Source: an uncultured Alphaproteobacteria bacterium (lineage in GTDB: Bacteria > Pseudomonadota > Alphaproteobacteria > Rs-D84). Taken from it: 45,705 bases of DNA. Positions 1 to 7,933 of the stretch are shown here, in pieces; the stretch's first letter is position 1, and the number at the start of each line of letters is the position of its first letter. Below the pieces are notes generated by a model, which was not told the DNA's origin, ran no database searches, and was given only the letters and a program-made list of their open reading frames with translations. A program made the position numbers and the translations under genes. Location of the stretch: positions 1 through 45,705 of the forward strand of contig CAMVKK010000002.1 of NCBI GenBank assembly GCA_947168075.1, read 5' to 3'.

Positions 1-126
1 GCGGCACCGGATTTTGCAAATCAAATGTTTTATTACACATACACGGACGGCCTGCAAAGAAAGGTAACCGTATCGGTAAATAATGACGTCCAGAACGTGT
101 TAAAGCAATTAGAGTTATGTCCATAA
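1..126 (+). CDS. 3' end of an unidentified CDS (partial, enters from the left edge)
   Basis: Frame +1 is open from base 1 to TAA at 124-126 (..YYTYTDGLQRKVTVSVNNDVQNVLKQLELCP*). A hairpin/T-tract terminator follows. Too short to assign. Confidence 0.3.
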   Translation, partial: AAPDFANQMFYYTYTDGLQRKVTVSVNNDVQNVLKQLELCP

Positions 127-141
127 GCAAAAATCAGAAAA

Positions 142-163
142 ACGCCCCACGGGGCGTTTTTTT
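142..163 (+). terminator. rho-independent terminator of the left-edge gene
   Basis: ACGCCCC-AC-GGGGCGT stem followed by T7. Confidence 0.6.
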
Positions 164-316
164 AATCCCCTTCGCGTGGTGAAGGGGAGACGGATGGAAA
201 AGTTCCCCTCCAACGGAGGGGTGGCACGCAGTGACGGGGTGGTCTTGTAAAAACAAATTACCAGGATTCAAAAGACCATCTCCCGGCTACGCCGTACTCC
301 TCCACAGGAGAAGAAC

Positions 317-346
317 TTAAAACCCCGCCACAGTGCTGTGGCGGGG
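317..346 (-). terminator. rho-independent terminator ending the Cys-rich B-C operon
   Basis: The minus strand reads CCCCGCCACA-GCAC-TGTGGCGGGG followed by TTTTAA, 27 nt after the stop at 373. Confidence 0.6.
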
Positions 347-372
347 TAAAATCGAACGAACGGGGATTATTG

Positions 373-1161
373 TTAAACACCCGAATTATTTCTGTTCATC
401 ATATTTTGCGATTTGGTGACATCAGCGTTTCCTAATCTTATCAAGTTCCGCAAACTATTCAAACAATCTCTGAAATTCTGTCTTGTTGAAATGGTGCTAG
501 ATTTCTTACAAAAATCTTTTACCTTTTCTTTGTCGCAGACTTTTGTATCACAAGTATCAATAACCAGCGCATAGTCATTAGCCAATTGTTTCTTTAATTC
601 CGACGTTACATTTTCACCATTGTTTGAACTGTTGTATATGGTGTTCGCATTTGCATGCAAACATTCATACACCTTGGCTGGTGTTAATTCATTATTGCAA
701 TTGCTAACGCCGGCAATGAATATATTTCTGTCGCTGCTGCGGAATTGGGTTGACGACGACCCGGTTGAAACACCCGAATAGGATGAACCGCCCGTGTCAC
801 CATCCGCGCCGGCGGCCATTAATTTGGTTGTCAAAACCGCCTTTTCCAATTGCGTTTTAAAGCGTTTTAATGTCGCGTCCAGGTATTCATACTGCTTATA
901 CATCTGTTGCGTCATTACGGTCGATTTTAATGCAACCACGTCGCGCATTAATTGTTTATCGGATTCGGTCGATGGATTTTCAACCTCGCCTATGTTATAG
1001 ACATGTGTCGAACACAGCGCGATTTCCGGATTAATACGGTCGTTACTATCCTTGCCACAGCCATTATCCGTTGTCGCCGCAAACGCCGGCACAGCCAGCA
1101 ATGCCGCCACACTTACTGCGCCAAGTAATTTACCGTTAAAGATGTTTTTATTGTTTTTCAT
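373..1161 (-). CDS. secreted Cys-rich protein C (262 aa), unknown family
   Basis: ORF track gives 373..1182. I prefer the ATG at 1161 because it overlaps the upstream stop as ATGA and gives a Sec signal peptide (MKNNKNIFNGKLLGAVSVAALLAVPAFA|ATT). There are 8 Cys in the mature part. I recognised no family. Confidence 0.75.
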   Translation of the reverse strand: MKNNKNIFNGKLLGAVSVAALLAVPAFAATTDNGCGKDSNDRINPEIALCSTHVYNIGEVENPSTESDKQLMRDVVALKSTVMTQQMYKQYEYLDATLKRFKTQLEKAVLTTKLMAAGADGDTGGSSYSGVSTGSSSTQFRSSDRNIFIAGVSNCNNELTPAKVYECLHANANTIYNSSNNGENVTSELKKQLANDYALVIDTCDTKVCDKEKVKDFCKKSSTISTRQNFRDCLNSLRNLIRLGNADVTKSQNMMNRNNSGV

Positions 1162-2990
1162 TTTCCTATCGCTTTCGAACATTTCAAAAAGTCTCTGGCC
1201 GCACTACAATCGCATATACCGTTAACAAGTATTCCACCACCCAAAATTTCACATTGTGTTCTTTTGACATTATCAACAACAGATTTTGTATTGTTATTAA
1301 AATCATCGACCATCTGCTCATCCAATCTTTTTTCTTGTGTTATCGACATTGGGTTATTTATCGCCTGTGACAGTTGCGTTTTAAGATTGTTCGATAATTG
1401 TGTTGTGGCTTGGTTATCATACCCATTTGCCACAGGCATTTCATCTGTCACTTCTTTTACAGCAAACGAATTATCAACACACACCTTGGCTGGCAAAGTC
1501 TTTAAAGAAACGATTTTTTCCAAATCCGCCAGCGATTTTTGATTAACCGCACAGAATTTTATTCCATCATCCTTTGGTGTTGTGGCTTTTCCGCCCAAAC
1601 GACCCGCGCCATAAACACTTGGTGCATCTTGTTCAATAATACGTTGCAGGGTTTCTATATCAATACTCGCGCCCTTTTTACGGTTACGGAACAGCGCGGA
1701 TGTTTCCAACATATCGGACATACAGCCAACACGAATCATATTCAATTCGCCGTCTTCAGGATTCAACCAATTATAGCGCACTGCTTCCCCATCGGGAATC
1801 AACCCCAACGGCTGGCATCCACCATCGGATACGGGAATAATTTTACCAATAGTACATTCCGCACCACCAACCACAGTGCCACCACCCGATATGTATCGAC
1901 CATCAGGATCTCTCTTACAATTGTCTGTAGTATAACGAAAATCTTTAACTTTGCCATCAGAATCTTTGTCGCACATATAACGTCCCCAAACATTGCAGGA
2001 ATCGTTAAGCATCATATAAATATCGGTAATATCAACCCCAACAGATTGCGCCAAAATTAATGCGTCATACACTTCGTCCAAAACATTGTCATATGGTTCA
2101 AAGAAATCCATCGCTTTCTGTTTAAAGGTTTTTACGCGCCTTGGCCCGGTGCAATTATTCCCCTTGCTGTCACAGCCCGCATATTCAAACACATCGGTCA
2201 TTGTGGTTTTTAACGCCTTCATTTGTGTTTCGGCGTTTTCAATTGCCGACATTATTTGCCCGGTAATCTGTTCCCGCGCCAAAATATCCGCCGACACACC
2301 GTTTTGTGCAGCAATCTGTTGCGCGGTGGTTAATGCGTTTGCCGCCACCACCTGGGCATCATTTAATTCGGTACCGGTTGTGGTATTATCAACGGTCGTT
2401 GCGCGTGCGGTTGTTGCCTCTGCAATGGCCTGGGCGGTTAACTGTTTTTGTTCTTCCAGTGCGGTTTGCAATTGTGCAACGGTTTCGGCATTTTGTGCCG
2501 CCATTTGCGATTGCATTTGCTGCATTTGCTGTTGCATTTGTGCCATTTGCTGTGCGCTTTGTGCGGCGGCGGCATTTGCCGCGGCGGCCTGGGCCGCGTT
2601 GGATTTAGCCGTGCTCTGTGCCACCAGTTGCGCCGAAATATAGTCCACCAAATCATCGCCATATTGCACGCAAGCCTCGTTCGAACGGACACAGCCCGCA
2701 ACAATGGTCGCCGTTACATCCATATCCACGCACCCGCCATTGGCGCACTTTGGTTGTGCACAGCGCAAAACAATTGCATTGCAATTACCAAAGTCCGCCA
2801 CCGGCATATCAACCGCATCCACGCCCGAACGCACGTTCATCAACGAATTCCAGTTATTATTATTTGTCGCACCCGACCCGCCATTGTACGCGGTCAGGTT
2901 ATTTCCACGCGTAGACGGCACAGGCGCAGAATCCGCGCCAAACGGCACCAATGCCAATGCCAACAATAAAAATCTGGCTATTGATTTCAT
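1158..2990 (-). CDS. secreted Cys-rich protein B (610 aa) with a Q/A/M-rich coiled-coil-like segment, unknown family
   Basis: ORF track gives 1158..3035. The internal ATG at 2990 gives a signal peptide (MKSIARFLLLALALVPFGADSAP) and is preceded by GGAAAGAGAGAA. The longer start would run through the predicted promoter. About 20 Cys, including CNAIVLRCAQPKCANGGC. Confidence 0.75.
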   Translation of the reverse strand: MKSIARFLLLALALVPFGADSAPVPSTRGNNLTAYNGGSGATNNNNWNSLMNVRSGVDAVDMPVADFGNCNAIVLRCAQPKCANGGCVDMDVTATIVAGCVRSNEACVQYGDDLVDYISAQLVAQSTAKSNAAQAAAANAAAAQSAQQMAQMQQQMQQMQSQMAAQNAETVAQLQTALEEQKQLTAQAIAEATTARATTVDNTTTGTELNDAQVVAANALTTAQQIAAQNGVSADILAREQITGQIMSAIENAETQMKALKTTMTDVFEYAGCDSKGNNCTGPRRVKTFKQKAMDFFEPYDNVLDEVYDALILAQSVGVDITDIYMMLNDSCNVWGRYMCDKDSDGKVKDFRYTTDNCKRDPDGRYISGGGTVVGGAECTIGKIIPVSDGGCQPLGLIPDGEAVRYNWLNPEDGELNMIRVGCMSDMLETSALFRNRKKGASIDIETLQRIIEQDAPSVYGAGRLGGKATTPKDDGIKFCAVNQKSLADLEKIVSLKTLPAKVCVDNSFAVKEVTDEMPVANGYDNQATTQLSNNLKTQLSQAINNPMSITQEKRLDEQMVDDFNNNTKSVVDNVKRTQCEILGGGILVNGICDCSAARDFLKCSKAIGK

Positions 2991-3006
2991 TTCTCTCTTT
3001 CCATTA

Positions 3007-3035
3007 ATTTTATCACAAAAAACACCGGGTGGCAA
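3007..3035 (-). promoter_or_regulatory. candidate sigma-70 promoter for the B-C operon
   Basis: The minus strand reads TTGCCA (3035-3030), a 17 nt spacer, then TAAAAT (3012-3007), about 17 nt upstream of ATG 2990. Upstream lie two 11-bp direct repeats ACTAACCACTA (3074-3064 and 3054-3044). Confidence 0.4.
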
Positions 3036-3151
3036 GGGGAGATTAGTGGTTAGTGTTAGTGGGTAGTGGTTAGTAAAACCGTCGCAATCGCGACGGTTTT
3101 CCCCTGCCCCCTTGTGGGGCGGGACAGACCGAATTTCTGGAATTTGTGCAC

Positions 3152-3175
3152 AAAAAACCGCCCGAACGGGCGGTT
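3152..3175 (-). terminator. rho-independent terminator after Cys-rich protein A
   Basis: The minus strand reads AACCGCCCG..CGGGCGGTT followed by TTTTTT, about 20 nt after the stop at 3196. A second bidirectional hairpin ACCGTCGC-AATC-GCGACGGT lies at 3078-3097. Confidence 0.6.
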
Positions 3176-3195
3176 TTATTTATTCGCTTTGGCTA

Positions 3196-6100
3196 TTATT
3201 CCAAAGATGTTGTGATAATGTCGCCATAGTTACCGGCTTCGTCCCCACCGATATAGCATGTGATATGACGGCCGACATTATTCATCCATTCCTGCTGTTC
3301 AGCGGTGAAATTAGTACGGTTTTGTTCCTTTAATATTTGCGCCGTTGTAACACCACCAATAGCACTGGTCAGCCCCGCACCAGTAATATCAACCATTGCG
3401 CGACCACCACCATTGTTCCAGAAGTTTTTATCTTCCTGGGCTTGCGACGGCTGTTGCGACAACTTATTAGACATATCCACACAGTCGTTATACACAGACA
3501 TTACCGCATTAGAAACTTTTGTACTATTTGCCGCTGTTTGTGGACTTGTAAGAACAGAATCCACTGTCACGAGTTTCGCACCTTCTTGACTATTTACTGT
3601 TCGTTGCACATACGACACCAAATCAGCCGTTTTTACTTGCATATCTGTCAACTGGTCACCTGAACAACTTGAAGATGTGCAAGCTTCTGCCGCTCGTCTG
3701 GCTTTGGTTGCCATATCCATACAAGTAGTGTAAACCTGCTGCTTGCTATTCGTGTTCATTTTTGTATTGTTCTTATTTTGTGTTGTCTTTAACAATCCGC
3801 CCAAACCGGTTTGAGATTGCAAAAGGTCTGTACCAACACCACCGGCGATCGCGGACAGTACCGACGCACCCGCGACACCCCACTTTTGGGCATTGGTCAA
3901 ATTACCATTTTTGGACGTACCAAGTTTTTCCGCTGCGACTTCTTCGGACAATGCGACCAAATCCTTTTCCGGAATCCATGAACCGCATGTGAACGAATCG
4001 CCAACCGCAAAGTACGCCGTGGTCCACGATTTGTTACGCATTGCTTCCTGAATCTTTTTATCATCCGATTGCAATGTTACACGCACGCGACAGAACGACC
4101 CATACAAATCGTTACTGGCCTCGAACTGTGATGGTTTCAAACCGTTTACATTATACGCCGCAGGAACCTTTCTTGACGCTTTTAATTTAGCCCACATAAA
4201 TGTAGAACCCAAATCACGGTTGCTTAAAATACCACCCGCGCTGTTTGCCGCCAAACACATATTCTGTTCAGCAGTCAATTTTGCATTATATGTTGCCTGG
4301 GCCTCTTTTTCGATATCAACCATAACCTGTTGCAACAATGTTTCGGCTTCGTTATTCAAAACATAGTCCGAATATGGCACATATTCCTTATCGTCATACA
4401 CGCACCCATTGGAATCAACGGTGTCGCACGGTGCTAAATCATTTTTATTGCATCCTTTGTTACTTGCGACATCATCATCCGATGGATGGCACATACCTGT
4501 TTCAACATCACTCTCTGTTTTGGCTATATCAACCACTTTGGTCGAATTTGCATCCAACCAAGCATCACGAACGCTGCTATTTGTTCCCCAATTGCCGTAA
4601 TCGCTGGACTTTGCCTTGGCGGTTTGTATTGCCAAGTGTTCTTCGCAAGACGATGCGTTTTTAACAGTATCCAGACACAGACCGATAACAATGTTATTAT
4701 CCAACACGCCACCCATCTTGTTCATAGACTTATCAAAACTGCCGCCCAAATCACCGGTATTGTACGTACCCGAAATAATATCGGTACGGTTGCGATAGCA
4801 ATTTGTATAGTCCGAACCACACATTGATTTGATACAACCCTTTGCCACATTTTCACAAGATTTACGCATTTGTGCAATTGCCGCATCATTATAATTTGTT
4901 GCCAGCGCAGAATTCAACGCCGCGACAACACCAATCGCATCAATTTCCGCCCCATTGTCATATTCCGGGAACAAAACATCAAACGCATCGCGGTTTATAT
5001 ATGAATAAGAATATACACCGGATGAATTTGGATTTGCCGCCGCATATTTACAATACAAATCTGTATTAACAATTGTTGCGCAACCGTTTTTTATTTCATT
5101 ATATGTTTCTTCGCCATTGATACTTTTTTCGGTACCACTTTTAAACACCTGGCTGTAACATGCGGAACCAACACCACCACCACAAACACGCATTGCGCAT
5201 GATTTGATTGTGTCGGTGCATTTCTGCTTTGCCTTGACATCAAACTTATCAACCAAATCCGCAATCTTGGCCCGCATAGATGGGTTCATACGCGCTTCGT
5301 ATGCCAATTCAAACACATCGTCTTGGTTCAACGGGTCACGCAACTGTGCGTTCGTTGGCATCTTGCCATCACCAAGGAATGTCGCATAACAGTATTTGTT
5401 TGCCCCGATTGTTGCAAGGCAAGCATCCTGGACATAACCACGAATTGATTTTTTGTTAATTTCACTTAATTGATTCGTTGTAGAACCCGCCAGTTGTTTC
5501 AATGCTTCTGTTTGTTCATCGGACGTTTTATCCTGGGTTCCCAAAATCGCCGTGGCATATTCAGCCAAAACAGCACGAACAGACCCATCGGTGTCGTTGC
5601 CCTCAAAACATCTGTACGGATTTTGTGAACACGCACCCAGAATACACTGGTCAATGGTTTTATAGCATGTGTTAACCGCATTTGTTGCCGCCAATGCCGC
5701 ACCTTCGGCAATCATTTCACCGATACGACTTTTTTCCGACGGTTTTGCCGTACGACTTGACGAACCAAGTAATTCAATTACACCTTCGGATTGGCAACGC
5801 GCCAATATAGAATCACAGGATACGCGCTGTTTACGAAAATCGGTATCTGTGGTGCAAAGTTCGAAATCTTCGCCACAAACGGAATCCCGCCGCAGACACG
5901 ATGTAACACGGCGAACACAGGTTGATGTATCATACTTGTTATTAATTGCCGCCGCGGTTATCATTTGACCCAGAACACTGCCGTCCGTTGGGTATGTGTA
6001 ATCGGTGATTTCGCCATATGTATTCTTGGTTACGCCCGATGCCAACGCCGAAACAGTTGATGTTCCAAACAGACTTTCCACACCCGCCGACGAACATTGC

Positions 6101-6414
6101 GCCAATGTGCCCAGACAGTTTGGCATTTTACCGTGGAACAAGACCTTGGTCGTGCATTCCTCAAAATTTTCGCCACAGGCATCCGCACCACGAATACACT
6201 CGTTGTACGCATCAATACATTCGGCATTTGCCAACAATGCGGACGATGTCGTTGTGCCGGTTGTCGTGGAACTGGCGGTCGATGTTTTTACGACCATGGT
6301 CGGCATACGCGATGACGCGGTCGTCACAATTCCGGGCCGCGCAGTCGCCGCATATGATGCCGGCATAGCGCACAAAAGCGCCATTAAACCAACTGTTTTA
6401 TGAAAGAAATGCAT
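3196..6414 (-). CDS. large secreted Cys-rich repeat protein A (1072 aa), unknown family
   Basis: ORF track gives 3196..6423 with a GTG start. The ATG at 6414 has a GGAG 8 nt upstream. Signal peptide MHFFHKTVGLMALLCAMPASYA|A, then an S/T-rich linker. About 42 Cys in recurring spacings, and two Gly-zipper-like segments near the C-terminus (WGVAGASVLSAIAGGVGTDLL; MVDITGAGLTSAIGGVTT). Confidence 0.8.
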   Translation of the reverse strand: MHFFHKTVGLMALLCAMPASYAATARPGIVTTASSRMPTMVVKTSTASSTTTGTTTSSALLANAECIDAYNECIRGADACGENFEECTTKVLFHGKMPNCLGTLAQCSSAGVESLFGTSTVSALASGVTKNTYGEITDYTYPTDGSVLGQMITAAAINNKYDTSTCVRRVTSCLRRDSVCGEDFELCTTDTDFRKQRVSCDSILARCQSEGVIELLGSSSRTAKPSEKSRIGEMIAEGAALAATNAVNTCYKTIDQCILGACSQNPYRCFEGNDTDGSVRAVLAEYATAILGTQDKTSDEQTEALKQLAGSTTNQLSEINKKSIRGYVQDACLATIGANKYCYATFLGDGKMPTNAQLRDPLNQDDVFELAYEARMNPSMRAKIADLVDKFDVKAKQKCTDTIKSCAMRVCGGGVGSACYSQVFKSGTEKSINGEETYNEIKNGCATIVNTDLYCKYAAANPNSSGVYSYSYINRDAFDVLFPEYDNGAEIDAIGVVAALNSALATNYNDAAIAQMRKSCENVAKGCIKSMCGSDYTNCYRNRTDIISGTYNTGDLGGSFDKSMNKMGGVLDNNIVIGLCLDTVKNASSCEEHLAIQTAKAKSSDYGNWGTNSSVRDAWLDANSTKVVDIAKTESDVETGMCHPSDDDVASNKGCNKNDLAPCDTVDSNGCVYDDKEYVPYSDYVLNNEAETLLQQVMVDIEKEAQATYNAKLTAEQNMCLAANSAGGILSNRDLGSTFMWAKLKASRKVPAAYNVNGLKPSQFEASNDLYGSFCRVRVTLQSDDKKIQEAMRNKSWTTAYFAVGDSFTCGSWIPEKDLVALSEEVAAEKLGTSKNGNLTNAQKWGVAGASVLSAIAGGVGTDLLQSQTGLGGLLKTTQNKNNTKMNTNSKQQVYTTCMDMATKARRAAEACTSSSCSGDQLTDMQVKTADLVSYVQRTVNSQEGAKLVTVDSVLTSPQTAANSTKVSNAVMSVYNDCVDMSNKLSQQPSQAQEDKNFWNNGGGRAMVDITGAGLTSAIGGVTTAQILKEQNRTNFTAEQQEWMNNVGRHITCYIGGDEAGNYGDIITTSLE

Positions 6415-6497
6415 TTGTCTCACTCCATTATTTTTATTTTATTATATCATATTTTCGGATTTAGACAAACGAAAAAGTGCGTTTTTTGAAATGTTTT

Positions 6498-7451
6498 TTA
6501 TACCGATTCCAATAAATATTTTAATTCCGCCATATCGTCCGGCAACGGTGCACGGAAATGCATTTTTTCGCCCGTCACGGGGTGGGTAAATTCCAGTACC
6601 TCGGCATGCAACATTTGACCATTATGCGTTTTAAGGAAATCCAACAAATCCGCATTCTTGACCGACCCCAACCGCGTGGACGCACGACCATAGACCGTAT
6701 CACATAAAACCGGAAAACCATGCGCCGATAAATGCACGCGAATCTGGTGCGTGCGCCCCGTCAACAGCGTACAGCGAAACGCCGATACCCCCGCCCGTGG
6801 CCAAGTATCCATTACCGCGACCAATGTAGTTGCGGGTTTGCCCCCGCTCTTTACCATACTCATCTTTTGGCGATTACGGGACGACCGCGCAATATTGCCT
6901 GTAATTGTTGCGCTTTCCCAGTTTGGAACACCCCACACAAACGCAACATATTTTCGCGTCAAATCGTGCGCCATAAAAGTTTTTACCAAACCGTGATATG
7001 CGGCATCAGACTTTGCAAAAACCATAACGCCACTGGTATCCTTGTCCAAACGATGCACCACCCCCGGTCGCGTTGTGCCACCGGCGGACGCCAACGGGGT
7101 ATGTGCCAAAATGTTTTGAACCAATGTCCCGGTTTTGTTCCCAGCGGACGGATACATAACAACCCCGCGCGGCTTGTTAATCACAATAATATCGTCATCT
7201 TCGTACAAAATATCTAAATCAAAATCGGTTGAAATATTGTCCGCCGCAATGGTTGTCGCGGGTGCATCCGGTATTTCGACAATCAATTCATCGCCCATAC
7301 GAACTTTATCCGAAAAGCGCACCGGCGCACCATTGCGAGTTACGGAAAATTTCTGAATTTCACTGCGTGAAAAATCGGGCATAGCGCCGACCAAGAACTT
7401 ATCGACACGAACGCCCGCATTTAATTCATCAACAACAAATTCACGAATCAC
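6498..7451 (-). CDS. rluD: 23S rRNA pseudouridine synthase, RluA/RluD family
   Basis: S4-like N-terminus (VRVDKFL), catalytic HRLDKDTSG and GRTHQIRVHL motifs, 317 aa, GTG start. Confidence 0.85.
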   Translation of the reverse strand: MIREFVVDELNAGVRVDKFLVGAMPDFSRSEIQKFSVTRNGAPVRFSDKVRMGDELIVEIPDAPATTIAADNISTDFDLDILYEDDDIIVINKPRGVVMYPSAGNKTGTLVQNILAHTPLASAGGTTRPGVVHRLDKDTSGVMVFAKSDAAYHGLVKTFMAHDLTRKYVAFVWGVPNWESATITGNIARSSRNRQKMSMVKSGGKPATTLVAVMDTWPRAGVSAFRCTLLTGRTHQIRVHLSAHGFPVLCDTVYGRASTRLGSVKNADLLDFLKTHNGQMLHAEVLEFTHPVTGEKMHFRAPLPDDMAELKYLLESV

Positions 7452-7459
7452 GAAAACAC

Positions 7460-7933
7460 CTATTTATATTCAGACCAATCTTTGCCTTTTTGGCACCTGG
7501 ACAAATCAATCGTTAAATCACGACCATCGGCATCAACCGGGCATGTCAGCATTCCTGTCCCCGCCGCTTGGTCTGCATCACGCGCGGCGTTGCGCCATGA
7601 AAAGTTAATCGTTTCCGGTGGGTATACACACGCAATGTGTAATTCGCCATCATGTTTGTTATTCGGCCCCAACCAGACCCGCACGCCATACCCCAATCCA
7701 TAGCACGGGAACCCGTCCAGGTAATATAAAACCAACCCTTTATTCCCAATCAATTTAGAATCCGGCTTGAAATGACCATTGTATTCGTTCAGTAACAGGC
7801 CGGTTAATGCCTGCCAATCTGTACTGGTGGAAAAAACGCTGACCCGCGGGGTCGGCGGTGGTGCCGGTGGCGTATCAGCAATCGCCCCAAAAGCACTCAG
7901 AATAATAGCAAACGCAACCAGTGTTTTTTTCAT
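7460..7933 (-). CDS. small secreted protein (157 aa), unknown function
   Basis: Signal peptide MKKTLVAFAIILSAFGAIA|D, a Pro-rich stretch (PPAPPPTP) and 4 Cys. Its start overlaps the upstream stop (TAATG). Confidence 0.65.
   Translation of the reverse strand: MKKTLVAFAIILSAFGAIADTPPAPPPTPRVSVFSTSTDWQALTGLLLNEYNGHFKPDSKLIGNKGLVLYYLDGFPCYGLGYGVRVWLGPNNKHDGELHIACVYPPETINFSWRNAARDADQAAGTGMLTCPVDADGRDLTIDLSRCQKGKDWSEYK

Noticed and set aside
2086-2969. Long + strand ORFs (185, 173, 100, 98 aa), Cys/His/Ala-rich, opposite protein B.
   Set aside because: They are shadow frames of the low-complexity Q/A/M-coding repeat on the minus strand. They have no SD, no plausible start context and a compositionally absurd sequence. 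The same applies to the many antisense ORFs inside A, lptD, infB and others.
1162-3035. The longest-ORF starts for C (1182), B (3035), A (6423 GTG), P3 (9823), tolC (42748), dnaX (12811), the DUF4167-like gene (12425) and the 242-aa protein (18890).
   Set aside because: Internal starts give proper signal peptides or conserved N-termini and have SD sequences or ATGA coupling. The extensions overlap promoters or upstream genes. The alternatives are noted in the feature evidence.
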